A stretch of DNA of 64,000 nt from Lama glama. Lineage: Eukaryota. This document shows, in pieces, positions 1 to 12,900 of the stretch. Made by a program: the position numbers and the translations under genes. Positions within the stretch are counted from its first letter, which is position 1. Every line of letters starts with the position of its first letter. The stretch lies in contig CM052816.1 in assembly GCA_028534125.1 (NCBI GenBank), forward strand, positions 53,570,001-53,634,000. The letters run 5' to 3'. Below the pieces are notes generated by a model. The model saw only the letters and a program-made list of their open reading frames with translations, did not search any database and was not told the origin of the DNA.

Positions 1-848
1 GAAGAAAAAAGAATACTCTAGTGCAACTGGATGTAGTGTAGTAAGATGAGCTCTTCTCCTCCTGACAGTCCTGAAACTGCTGTCACTGCTCTGGCAGCCC
101 CTGGGAAAAACCTGAAGTACTGAAAAAAGCACCGAAGGTACAAAAATGGGAGACAGAAAAATTAAGAGAAGCCAAGAGAATAGGGAAGTGACCTTGTGGA
201 CAGAGAACTGGCCAGAGCAAGGCTCAATATCCTACTTTCATGGTGGGTGAAATTTCACAAGTTAGGAATAGAATGTATTTTTTAAATCTCTGTAGAAGTT
301 ATAATTCTTATATACTTTATGTGGTTACAATTATATTTTAACACAAATAACATTTTTTACAGTGGGATATGTTTTATTGAGATATGTTGTAAAAGCACAG
401 ATGCAGGGTATCTAAAGCAGGGAAAGTTGCTGGGCAAGGGTGACAGAAGGCAGTCCACCAGGATCAACTCTGTGTTGTGTGGCTTTGGAGACCTCAACTA
501 GGACCAAAAGCTAAAAATTACAAGAAGACATATTTCCACTCAATAGAATTAAGAATACTATAATAATCGTAGAAATACAATAGTGGATGGACTTTTCTAT
601 AACATAATGAGCTCTCTGCATTGTAAGTTCCAAAGATGTTTTGTTAGTAAATAAATAGGTATGTAAGATCCCTTCAAGGCATAGGAGGTCCCCAAGTTGT
701 CTTTCTCAAGCATAAAACAAATATGGTCTCCTTCCTGGTTTTCTTCCATATTCAAAACACCTATTTAAGAAAATTTCTCCTTGTTCTTTCCTGCTCTTTT
801 TCTGCCATCTGTGAACCAAAAATGTTTCTAAGTATACTCACGTCTAAA

Positions 849-1047
849 GCAATGTTTCTTAATGTGTTCATAGATCTCCTGCATCATAAAGCCCTGGTGC
901 TTATTGAAAAGGCAAACTCTAGGCCCCACTGTAGACATACTGATTCAAAAACTCAGGGGTTGAAGAAAAGAAGTTTGCGTTTTTAACAAGCTCACATTTC
1001 TAGTAAGCTCCCCAGGGTGATTCTTATACACCTTGAAATTTGAGAAC
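849..1047. mobile_element. MER5-like hAT-Charlie MITE
   Basis: Motifs typical of MER5: 'gactgattca'-like segment, 'tttttaacaagctc', 'ccccagggtgattct...aaatttgagaac'. Confidence 0.6.
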
Positions 1048-1419
1048 TTCCCTTTAAGGCAACAACGTTTACAGCCTCTGTAAACCATTGTCGTATTCTT
1101 TCACCTAATGGAGAGACTACCAAAAGAAACCTAAAATGTTCTGCAGCTTTCACTGACTTTATCAGTCTCTGAGTAGACAAGAACTGATTGTAGCTATGCC
1201 TAACAAAGATTTCCCTGTTACTAAAGGTGGTGAAAATGAAACATAATGTCAGAGTCAGGACAAACAGAAATAATTTTATAATAGATGAACATTTTAAAAT
1301 AAGGCTTTAAGGATTAGAACTGAGGGAGGAGATACACAATAGGAGGAAAGAAGGGATATACAAGAACAGGTGTTACCAAGTAGAGAAAGGCACATAGAGG
1401 AAGAGCAGTGTGACCAAAC

Positions 1420-2870
1420 ATTCATTCATTCATCAACTACAACACTCACTGATCAACTACAATGTGACACAAACAATTACAGACACTACACTAATGAACA
1501 AAATAGGTAAGCATCCCTACTTCCATGGAGCTTATAGTCTAGCAATGGAAGATAAACAATACATATAATAAATACGTTATAGAGTATCTTAGAAGGCAGT
1601 AAATTTTATGGAACAAAAACGAAAATGAACAGGGTAGAGAGGTCATGAGTAAAAGCTGAACAGGGCTAATTTTACAAAGGTGGTTAGGGAAGCCAATATT
1701 TGAGCAAAGACTTTATGGAGGTGAAGAAGTCAGCTTTGCAGATATCTGGGGGAAGACCATCTTAGGCAGAAGGAACAGTCAAAGCAAAGTCAGGAGAATG
1801 CTTGGCCTTAGGAAGACCAGTGTGCTGAGAAAGAGTACATGGGAGACGAGTGAGGAGATAAGAGTGAGAGACATTAGAGACCAGATTATAGGCTATTTAA
1901 ACATTCCTGGCTTTACTCTAAAGAAAATTAAAAGCTCGTGAAGAGTTCTAAGCAGGAGACTGAAATGATCAACTCTTTTTCAGGGGATCACTCTGGCTAC
2001 TAAATTGGAAACAGACCGAAACAGGGCAAAGGCGAAAGAAGGAAGAATAGTCAGGAAACCAGTAATCCAGACAAGGGATGATGGCAGCTCAAGCCGAGTG
2101 GTGGCTATGAAGGTAAGGCATCAGGTCTGCAGGTGCCTGTAAGGGAGAGCCAACAGGATTTCCTGACAGAAAGATGTTATGTAAGGAAATGGAAATAGTC
2201 AACTATCACCAATGTTTTGGCCTAAGCAACACAGAAATGAGAAAGATACAAAATGAGCAGGTTTACAAGGAGTGAGCTCAGTTCAGCATTCAACAAGCTG
2301 AATGTGCAGTTTCTGAGACATCCAGGTAGACATGTGTAGGAGGCAGCTGAATGCATGAGTCTGCTGTTCAGAAGAGAGGGTTGTCCTGAAGATGTAGATT
2401 TGGGAGTCATCAGCATGTAGATGGTATGTAAAGCTGTAAGACTGGATGAAATAACCACCTGAGGGACCACAGATAGAGAAATGAAGCAAAGCCTAACTCC
2501 TGGTATACTCTAATACTGGGGGTGAAGGGACAGGGAACGGAGAGAAATCAGCAAAGGAGACTGAAAAGGAAAAACTTAAGTGCTCTGAAAGCCACATGAA
2601 AAAAGTTTTCTAAGAAAGCAATAGTGATCAACTGATGATAGATCAGTTATGGTTAAGACTGAAAATTTACCACTGGATTTAGCAGTGTGGAAGTCACTGA
2701 CTGCCCCGACAAGTGCGTTTCGGTGGAGTGCTGAAATATAGTTTAGGAGAAAGGTCTGAGAAAAAAAAAAGTAGACAACTCTTCAGATGAGTTCTACAGC
2801 AATTGGAAGCAGAGAAAGTTTTTCAAGGGCAGTGATGTGAGCAGTAGACTGGAAAGGGAAATGAGGTCAA
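1420..2870 (-). mobile_element. L2 LINE, 3' part including reverse-transcriptase remnant
   Basis: cattcattcattc 3'-tail signature at 1420. Minus-strand ORF 2283-2489 contains YHLHADDSQIY, the L2 RT 'YADD' region. Confidence 0.8.
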
Positions 2871-2879
2871 GGTAGAGTT

Positions 2880-4470
2880 TAGTTACAAAGTTACAGTAAT
2901 CAGGAGAGTGTGGTATTGGCATAGGGATAGACATAGATCAACAGAATGGAATTTAGAGTCCAAAAATACACTCTTACATTAATCAATTAATTTTCATCAA
3001 GAGTGCCAAAAAAAATCCAATAGGAAAAAGGTCTTTTCAGCAAATGGTGCTGGAACAAGTGGATATCCACATACAGAAGAAAGAAGTTGGACACCCATCT
3101 TATACAATTCATGAAAATTAACTCAAAATGAATGGTAAACCTAAATATCGACACTAAAACTATACAACTCTTAGAAGAAAACTTAGGAGTAAATGTTTAC
3201 AACTGTGAGTTGGGCAATGACTTTTTAGACATGACACCAAAAAAAGAAGCAACCCAAGAAAAAATAGACAAATTTGACATCAAAATTTAAAACTTCTGTA
3301 TGTCAAAGAACACTATCAAGAAAGTAAAAAGACATTCCACAGAATAGGGAAAAATACTTGAATAATGCAGGGGTTAGGGATGTTGACCCTCCACAGCGGA
3401 AATCTATGTATAACATGACAGCCAACCCTCCATACCTGAGGTTTTGCATCAGAGATTCAACCAACCATGGATTGTGCAGTACTATAGCATCTATTTAGTG
3501 AAAGAAATCCATATGTATGTGGACCCACATAGTCCAAACCTGTGTTGTTGTTCAGGGTCTACTGAATTTACAAATCACTTATTTCATAAAGGATCTGTGT
3601 TCAGAATATGTAACAACTCTTACAATTTAATATTTAAAAGGAAATCCAATTTTAAAGTGAGCAAAGAATCTAGACATTTCTCCAAAGATGACATGCAAGT
3701 GGCCAATGAGCACTTGAAAAAAATGCTCAAAATCATTACCCATCAGGGAAATGCAAATCAAAACCACAGGGATATATCACTTCACATCCACTAGGATGGC
3801 TGTAAGCAAAAAATCAGACAATAATAAGTGTTGGTAACGATGTGAAGAGACTGGAACCCTTCTACACTGCTGATTAGAATATAAAATGGTGCAGCCACTT
3901 TGTTAAACAGTCTGATAGCTCCTCAAAAAGTTAAACATATTATCATATTACCCTAGAATTCCACTCCTCTGTATATATCCAAGAGAAATGAAAACATATG
4001 TCCACACAAAAACTAGCACACAAAAGTTTAGAGCAACCAAAAATTGGAAACAACCTAAATATCCATCAGTTGATGAATGGCTAAGTAAAATGTGGTATAA
4101 AAAGCAATAAAAAGGAGAAGGAGTTCGGGGTTTTCTTGGGCATGAGCCACCTGGTCCTCTTTGCTTGGCCCTGCAAAAAACCTTTCTCTGCTCAAAAAAA
4201 AATTAATAAATAAAAAGGCAATAAAAAGGAATGAAGTACTGATCTATGCCACAATACAGCTGAACCCTGAAAACATCATGCTGAGTAAAAGAAACCAGTT
4301 GCACAAGACCACGTATTTTATGATTCCATTTGTATGAAATGTCCAGAATAGGCAAATCTATGGAGACAGAAGGTAATCAAGACTTGCTTATGGCTGGACA
4401 GGGAGAGGAAATGTGAAGTATTGATAAAGGATTCAGGATTTCTTTTAGGGGTGGAAGAAACAAAAATATA
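2880..4470 (+). mobile_element. Old L1 (L1MB-like), ORF2 3' end plus 3' UTR, inserted into the L2
   Basis: L1 ORF2 motifs ('acagtaatcagg..gtgtggtattggc', 'aaatggtgctggaacaa', 'gggaaatgcaaatcaaaaccac', 'aaatggtgcagccactttg') and 3' UTR 'tgattccatttgtatgaaatgtccagaataggcaaatc'. Confidence 0.88.
3357..3564. mobile_element. Tigger2/MER8-like MITE nested in L1 (left TIR truncated)
   Basis: 'cttgaataatgcaggggttaggg...' to '...tgttcagggtctactg'. Homologous to the complete copy at 19393-19585. Confidence 0.7.
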
Positions 4471-4499
4471 AGAAAAAAACAGAAGGAAACATGTTTTTA

Positions 4500-6000
4500 T
4501 GATGATATGAATGATCCAGTAGAAAGTGAAGAAAACTAGTGACGTAGGTGAGGAGCAATTCAGCAAAGTTCTTCAGTAAAAGTGCGTGGAAGTGCACAAA
4601 AGAGGGAATGGCTTTGGGTAGAAGCACAGATAGTTCATCTGTAAGTAAAAGGCAGGAAAGCAGAAAATATGGGTATAAATACTGGTAGGTAAGTAGATGC
4701 TATGCTGGAAGTCTGTGTATATTCTCTACTGGCTGCTTCAGATTCCTCAGTAAATGAGAAGCAAGGTCATGAGCTGAGAGTGAGGATAGCGGGACAGATT
4801 TTAAAGATGAGGAGAGAGAAAAAGAGTGGACAAATAAATAAGTAGGACATTCACTACAATTTAGAGCTGGCCATGAACTAAAAGCGAGACCATTCAGCAT
4901 GGTTATGTGTGTGTCTCCATATTTAGCTACAAGGGTAAAGGACAGAGAGCAGAAAGAGTTGTGTTTAACCAGGGCTTCGCTTTTAGCCAAGATTATGTCA
5001 AAATAGGAGGGGGAAGGCAAGGGAGTTGAGCGTGCATGTAAGAGAGTGATTAAAACGACTGAATGTGTAATTTAAGCTGAGAGAAGAGAGTAACATCCAG
5101 TGGATAAAGGGCAGTGACATCGTAAGGTCAACAAACCAGAGGTCCTAGTGAAGTGGAAAGATGTGTTACAATTGAGGAACTAGAAGAGTGACGGAGAAGA
5201 TATACGAAATTAAGGTTTTATAGGAGTTAAGTGACAATAATGACAAAGTCTAGGATATGACCATGGTAGTGAGTGACTTGAGTTAACAGGAAAGGCAAAA
5301 ATCAATGAAAGAGATAAGGTCAAGGTACTGAGAAGCAAGATGCTGGAAACAACAACACAAAGAATTCAAAACAGGAATAGTGTTAGAAAGAGTAACAGTG
5401 AACCAAGAATTAAAATCATGAGGAAAAAAAAAAGAGAGAGAGAGAGAAATAAGGAGTAGTAATTCAGGGATCAGCAGAAGACAGCCACAATGAGTTGTGG
5501 CACCCAATTATAACCTGGTACCCTCTGAGATTCAAATGATGACATAGGATTTTTTAGACAAGAAGAAAGTCTGGAAGCAGCAACTAGAAACAAACATGGT
5601 ATCTACCCCAATTTTATGATCAGCTGAGAACTGTGAGAGAAAAATCACCTAGTTTTGGGAAGAGTACAGGGGAAGCACTGTCCTCATACAAAGGCCAGTT
5701 TCTACAGAACAAAGGACAAAACATTCAGAGAAAAAGATAAAGATATCGGGAATTTTGATGAAGTTTGACTCTGACTCAGAGAGCACAATGGAAAGTCTCA
5801 GGAATTAAGGAAATAGAAGGGTTCAGAATAAATAATGTACAGAACATCATGAAGATCAAAATCCAAGAGACGAGGACTCTGGGGCTTCTAGTAAAGAATG
5901 ACATAAATAGGAATCAAGAGCATAATAAGATTAGTCCAGATAAACTTAGGGCAGTCAAGTTTTGAGGGCAAAGAGGGACAGGTGTTCTGGGGGCCCCACT
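4500..6000 (-). mobile_element. Continuation of the L2 element (more 5' portion)
   Basis: Minus-strand ORF 4700-5020 contains LSAHDLASHL, resembling L2 ORF2 'LSADDLASYF'. Same purine-rich plus-strand composition as 1420-2870. Right edge approximate. Confidence 0.6.
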
Positions 6001-6056
6001 TTGATCTTTTTAAATGGGCATGAAGAGATTCGAAGTAATACATATCTAATTGGTAG

Positions 6057-6665
6057 TGTGGCACAGAGACCCTAAAGTGAATCTCAATGATACTCCCCTC
6101 TTGGTGTTCACGTTTTTATATAATACTCTCTCCTTGAGTACATGCAGGACCTATGACATGCTTCTAATCAACAGAATATGGTAGAAGTGATGGGCTACCA
6201 CTCCCTTGATTACATTCTGTTTTGGGTTATATTATGTAAGACTCCGTATTGGTAGACTAGCCTGAGGGACTCTCTAAAGACCCTCTGAAATAAGTGGCCA
6301 TGATGGGGAAGCCCATGTGGCAAGAAACCATGCAGCCTCTAGAAACTGTGGAAAGCACTGATGACCTGAGGGCAGTCTCCAGCTGATAGCAAACCAAAAT
6401 CTGGGGCCCTCAGTCATACAATCACAGGATATTCATTCTACCAATAGCCTGAATGAGCTTGGAAGCAGATCCTTCCTCAGTCAAGTCTCTGGATGAGAAT
6501 GCAATCCAGACAACTCCTTTATCACAGCCTCATGAAACCCTAAACAAAAGACACAGCTAAGCTGTGCCCAAACTCCTGACCTACAGAAGTGGTAAAATAA
6601 TACACGTGTTTTTTCAAGCTGCTAAGTTGTAGTAATTTGTTACACAGCAACAGAAAATGAATATA
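6057..6665 (+). mobile_element. MaLR solo LTR (MLT1F/G-like)
   Basis: Starts TGTGG. Ends with the typical MLT1 terminus 'aagctgctaagttgtagtaatttgttacacagcaacagaaaatgaatata'. Confidence 0.75.
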
Positions 6666-7164
6666 CCTAGTATGAGAGGTTTACCTTGACCTACCGAAGG
6701 AGGAGAGGATATATTAGGGAAGCCAGGCATTATGACCACACACAGTCTCTCTTTACTCCATTCAATGACCAATAAAAGGCCCAGGGGTGGTGGTATCAAT
6801 GGAGTTTGGGTTAGAAGGGAGATGACTTCAGCTGGAGCAAATAGCACATTAGAGGATAAGCCTAAAGATAGCCTGGGGGAGTGGGCAGGGAGCAGGGACA
6901 TGAGAAGAGCTGTACCAGGTGGTCTTCTGTGCCTTCTTAGTGGAGTGCCGTTCCTTTTGCCTAGATTCAAGGCTGAGGCCAGTCGTTCCCTTCTCTGCCC
7001 TCAGCCTCACCGAAGAGGTTGTTACCTCCTCCGTTGCTTCCATTGTCCCCGCCTTCTCCATTCTTTGAATGGGGGCAACTGTTTGCTGAAGTGTGATGTG
7101 TGAAGAGGTGGGAGGAAATGAGCCTGAGCATCTCAGAAGCTTCAACTCAGCTGCTTAGTTTTCT

Positions 7165-9678
7165 GGGCCAGAATCAAGATGGCAGAGTAGTAGGACCATG
7201 AACTTGCCTCTCCTCGCAACTACAAAACCACAACTGACTTCTGAACATCCACTGAGAAAAAAGACTGGAGCCTAGCAAAAAAAAAGATCTGCTTCAACTG
7301 GAAACACTGAGACAGAACCACAACAGGATGGTAGGAGGGGTATGCTCACGATATAGTTGGGCCCTATACCCCCTGGGTGGGCGACCCACAAACTGAAGCA
7401 CAATTAAGTCACAGAGGCGCTCCCACAGGAATGAGAGTTCTGAGCTCCACGTCAGACTCCCCAGACGAGGGTTCTGGCAGTGGGAGGAGGAGACCCCAGG
7501 ACATCTGGTTTTGAAGGCCAGTGGGGCTTAACTTCATAAGCCCCACAGGACTGGGAGAGATAGAGACTTAACACTCTTGGGAGGTGCTCACGGGATCTCA
7601 AGTGCACCAGGTACAGGGGCAGAGACAGTGATTGCATAGGTACCTGGTCCAGACCTGCCTACTGGTTTTGGAAGTTCTCCTGAGGAGTTAGGGGACTGCT
7701 GTAGCTCACCCAGGGGACTTAGAAGCTGGTGGCGGATATTCCAGGAGTGCTCATCTACAAGAGCTTCCCTGGAGGCTGATACTTTGACTGGATCAATAAC
7801 ACCAAGACCCAGCCCCATCCAACAGCCTGTAGGCTTAAGGGCTGGGAACCCTCAGACCAAACAACATACTGGGTGGAAACACAGCCTCACCCATCTACAG
7901 AACTTCTGAGCCCAAAACGCCTCTAGGCAGGGCCCTACCCACCAGAGGTCCAGGTCAAGCTTCACCCAGCAGTGGGCAGGCACCGTCCCTCCTGCCAGGA
8001 AACCTACATAAGCCTCTAGCCCAGCCTAATCCACCAGGGGGCAGATACCAGAAATAAGAAAACAGCCCCAAGCCTGTGGAAGGAATCCACAAACACAGGC
8101 TGGACTCTACACTGGGATCAGCTCTCCCCTGCCCCTTGGGTGATAAGAGAGGAGTGTACTGCTAGAATGAACAGGATATCTCTCACAGAAGGCCACTTCT
8201 CCAACGTTGCGAATCATAACTAGCCCACCTAAAAACACAAAGAGAAAGACAGACAAAATGAGGTGGCAGAGGAATATCCTCCAGGACAAGGCACAAGATA
8301 AAATCACAGAAGAAGAAATAAGTGATGAGGAAATAGGCAATCTATCCGAGAAAGAGTTTAAAATGATGATAGTGAAGATGTTCACAGAACTCAAGGGAAG
8401 CATAGATGTGTGAAAGAAAAATACTGTAAACCATATCAGTAAACAAAGAATGCTGAAGCCATCAAGTCATCAGCCGCCACCCCCCAGTGAAGACAAGCCT
8501 GTAGCCCAGCCTCTGCAGCCACTCACAATGGTGCACTCTGAGCAGACTCAGAATAATAACACACAAGATACTAGCCCTAGATAGCTAGAAGCTTGTCAAA
8601 GGAATGAATTCAATGAACCCAAATGTTTGCTTCCTCCCATACATAGAAAAGCACAAAATTCTGCAACTTGAGATGCCCGGTTTTCTTTAGATAATAAGTC
8701 ATCTTTTATTGTTCCAACTACCTGGTATTTGTTGTAAAGCTCCTATATATCCTAGCTCCTCCCCTACCTCTTTGGAGCAGTCCCTCAGAGCAATCTGAGA
8801 GGCTGTCATCCTAGCTCGGGTCCTCCCGCCAAGTAAAACATAACTCTCAACTTTAAGGCCGTGCATTTATTTCAGTTGACAAATGCAGAGTGAAGTTTTT
8901 AGCAAAGAGCTGGAAAATATAAAGAATATCCAAACAGAATTGGAGAATAAAATTATCGAAGTGAATAACACATTAGAAGGAACCAAGAATAGACTAAACA
9001 AGGCAGAAGAATGGATTAGTGAGCTAGAAGACAGAATAGTGGAAATCACCATTGCCAAACAGAAAAAAAAAAAAGAATGAAAACAAACGAGGATAATTTA
9101 AGAGAATTCTGGGACAATATGAAGCACACTAATATTCACATTATAGGGGTACCAGAAAATGAAGAAAGGGAGAAAGGACCTGAGAAAATTTTTGAAGAGA
9201 TACTAACTGAAAACTTCCCTAACTTGGGAAAGGAAACACTCACCCAAGTTCAGGAAGCTCAGAGAGTCCTACACAGGATAACCCAAAGAGGAATACACCA
9301 AGGCACATAGTAATCAAATTCACAAAAATCAAGGATAAAGAGAGAATATTAAATTCAGCAAGACAAAAGCAACAAATAATATACAAGGGAACTCCCATAA
9401 GGTTATCAGCTGATTTTTTGGCAGAAATTCTTCAAGCCAGAAGGGAGTGGCACAATATATTTAAAGTGCTGAAAGGGAAAAACCTACAGCCAAGAATACT
9501 TTATCCAGTGAGGCTCTCATTTAGACTTGGTGAAATCAAGTTTCACAGATAAACAAAAGCTAAAAAAATTCAACACCTCCAAACCAGCTTCACAAGAAAT
9601 ATTAAAGGAGCTTCTCTAGTCATCAAAGCACAAGAAAAGAGAACAAAAAGAAGAAAGAGGAAAAAAAAAAAAAAAGAC
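7165..9678 (+). mobile_element. L1 5' UTR plus decayed ORF1 (3'-truncated, no ORF2), interrupted by a solo LTR
   Basis: Begins GGG with YY1 motif CAAGATGGC (7175-7183). ORF1 starts MRWQRN at about 8258. ORF-track pieces 8207-8413, 8883-9080 and 9077-9310 are L1 ORF1-like (coiled coil; NIHIIGVPE...ENFPNL). Stop at about 9619. Confidence 0.9.
8409..8881 (+). mobile_element. ERV1-type solo LTR inserted in L1 ORF1
   Basis: TGT...ACA termini. Imperfect 4-bp TSD GATG/AATG. TATA-like 'cctatatat' near 8742 and AGTAAA near 8832. Absent from the homologous L1 position at about 20540. Confidence 0.82.
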
Positions 9679-9761
9679 AGCCTGGTGGAGCAGTCTATGG
9701 AGACTCTCTATTTTTTGCTCAATTTTTCTGTAAACCTAAACTGCTCTAAAAAATAAAATAT

Positions 9762-9925
9762 GGGGGCAGAGGGTATAGTGGTAGAATGTATACTTAGCAT
9801 GCATGTGACCCTGGGTTCAAGCCACAGCACCTCCATCCAAATGAATAAATGAATAAATAAATAAGTAAACCTAATTATCTCCCCCCTGCCAATAAATAAA
9901 TAAATAAAGTCAAGAAAAAAATAAA
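9762..9925 (+). mobile_element. tRNA-derived SINE (Vic-1-like), degenerate
   Basis: 'gagggtatag..tggtagaatgtatacttagcatgcatg...ctgggttcaa' head plus (aaat)n/aaacctaatta tail, shared with four other copies in the window. Confidence 0.8.
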
Positions 9926-12900
9926 AGAAGATAATCTGAGGTCAAATCATGGAGGGCCCCACATGGCACACTACCAAGGAGGCAATGCATAATCAGTGTA
10001 CACATTTCTAAGGAGAGAAGACCTAATCTGAACTCTGTTTTTAAAAAAATTAATTCTAATCACAATACAAAAAAAATGATGTTAAGAGAAATTGAAGACA
10101 GGTAAGTAGATAGGCCATTGTATTATCTCACATGAGTACCTGAATTAGGACAGTTCAGGAGGAATGAAAAGGACAGGTAATACCTCCTGGAGGTATAAGT
10201 GACAGGACTTGGCTACTGATTAGATACAGGAAAAGAAGCTGTCTGAGCCAAAGAGAACTCAGGTACTTCCAGCCAATGACACTAGAAGGACAGAAGGCAA
10301 CAGTTATGATTAAATGAGACTAGAAACAAAGACTGGTTCCAGAAAGGACAGATAACAAGCTCCAAGAAAGACAAGACAGTGAGAAGCAAATAAAAAAGGA
10401 AAAGATTAAAAAAGAAACATATGGCAAGAGAAAATAAAGACAGGTATTACAGTACAGAAATTGCTTTTGCAGTATTAATGATAGGTAAACTACTAAATAC
10501 AATTATAACCAGTCAGTCCTGGAAATAAAAGTTTTATCCATTTTCAGAAGAGAAACTGAAATTAGAAATTATTTAACTCAACATCTGGGTTTATGTATCT
10601 TTTTGAACTAATTCTTATTTTGTGGTTGGCTTTATTCCTTTCATAAATCTAAGTTTAAAAAGCTAAATCTCTAAATTTTCTTAGAAACAATGAACAGTAC
10701 ATGTATGTAAATTTTAAAAATATGTGCAGTATGTTGTGTATATGTATTTACATGCAATACATTCTATATATGCAAACTGTAACAATTCTACCTAATAAAA
10801 CTGAAAAAATGAAAAAAAAAAGAAAGAAATCATTTAACTCAACATCCTCCTCTCTGCAGCCACTGTTACACATTGAAAAAAAAAAAAAAATGCCCTAAGA
10901 GGTTAGATGGTTTGTCTGAAGTTACCATCTAGTGGCAGAGCCTAGATTAGAATCCAGGTCTTATGACACTCAGTCTACTCCACGTCCTGAATTAACTTAG
11001 TTACAGGCAGTTCTTATTTATATATAAATCAATTATCTATGTCCTTTATGCTCAGAAATGACTACTTGGGCATGCCAGTACTTGGAATTTTCTACTTTTG
11101 CTTCTTCCTTTAGAAAGATCTTGCTGCTTCATGTGACAAAAATCATATACGTCAACAATTGCAGAACAGAAAAAGAACAAGGCAGCCTATCCCTAGAGAA
11201 AAAAAATTTGAAAGCAAACTAGGTCCTGAGAAATGTCACTAAGGATTTTATCAACAGCACCACATTTCCCCCCCACACATAGATCTCCCTATCCCTTTAT
11301 TTCAACACCTACCAGAAGAAATCCTATCTGAAGCCATGAATGCTATGACCAGTGTCTGAAAGCAGTGAGAATCAGCTGCAGTTGGCATTTTAAACTGTTG
11401 CCTGATTTAAAAGGAAAATATATCCCCATAAATGCATACCAATTCTAAAGGATGAGCTAATTCTTCTAGTATTAAGTTGTAGAGGGTAGTCCAGGGAACC
11501 TACCCACCATGCTGAAAACAATTCGTGGTAAAATGCATTTTGAGTTCAAACAAAAAAATTATTTCATAACCAAAGACTACCTTCCATTTTATAGCACATC
11601 TCAGTTCAGACTACCACATTTCAAGTGCCAAATAGCCTTCTACTCTGCTGCCAACAGATTGACTGAGTTTATACTTTACGGTGTTTTATGAGGACTCCTT
11701 TCTCTGAATTTATAATACAGTGAATTAATATGTAAATTATTTAAATATTTAATTGTTGCCTTCCTTAAAATTTACATTCAAATAGAAAACTAATATAAAA
11801 GGAAACCTAACAAAAGAATTTAAAAAAAAATAAGAGAGGAACTCTCTAAAAGCATAACAATATTATATACTCATTCTGCTGAAGGATTGTCCTACTTGAC
11901 CTCAAGCAGTTCTTATGCAACAATCTAGAAGTTTTATTTTCACAAATGTTTTTCTAAGACAAATATGGATACCACCTAAAATAGTACCTGGACCGAGTTC
12001 TAACATACCACTCAAATCAATTATCCGAGTACATCTGATCTGTTTTGGAAAATAGTCATAGCTGAACAAAGAAAAAGGGGGAGGAGGACAAATTTCTGAA
12101 ACCATACAGCAAACAAAAGAATTTTTAATTTTTAAATTATTTCATCTGTATTTTCCATTATGTAAAAAGTTCAGTGGAAAATGCAAAAATGTTCTCATAA
12201 CAATGATTTTCCCGGTTCTGACACCGTATCACTATAGTAACTATAGCCAGACATCAGTATTAAAGGTGCTTGCCAAGTCTATTGTGTCACAAAGTGTGGA
12301 AACTATTGACCTCTGCAAACCTAGTTATAATTTTACCCAGGAAGTAGTAAGTAATCAACCTATGTATGCCTCAGGTAGGAGAGTGACTCCTCTGTTCCTC
12401 TCCAACAGAGGCTAGTTATAGAAAACTGGGAAACTGGCATAAAAGCTATAGAGTCTGCTCTGCAGTTGGAGAACACGTTAAACAGGCTCCTGCAAGACCT
12501 GAAGGCCTTGGCTTCTCAGAAAAAAACAAGCCAAAAAACGCTCCATGAAAAGGTTTCTGGGTGGACAGAGCAGGAATATAAGCTATCTAGAATACCAGCT
12601 TGGCTATCAGGAGGAATTAGAGAAGACAGCAAAGGGGGATGGACAGGCTGAAAGGCTGCATCAGGTAAAGAGACAACATCTGAAGGCAACACAGCAAGTC
12701 TTCCAACTAGCAGGTCCCAAGTCCAGAAATCTTGATCTTTTCCATTTAACACAAGACTGCTTTCCTTTTTCATCTAGAATCCTAATCCTCATTGTTGGCA
12801 TACAAATTAACCTGTTTTGCATTATTTAAAAAAAAAAAGGCTCACTGAGTCTAAGAGAAGTGTTTCATTGTAAGCTGGCTGTCATTATTGCCTTTCTCTT

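Noticed and set aside
8207..9310. Coiled-coil ORFs that look like a host protein
   Set aside because: They are frameshifted L1 ORF1 remnants split by an LTR.
9640..9678. A15 run as a true poly-A tail of a complete ORF1-only retroelement
   Set aside because: There is no matching TSD at 7165, and the run resembles the A-rich L1 inter-ORF spacer. Kept only as an open possibility in the findings.
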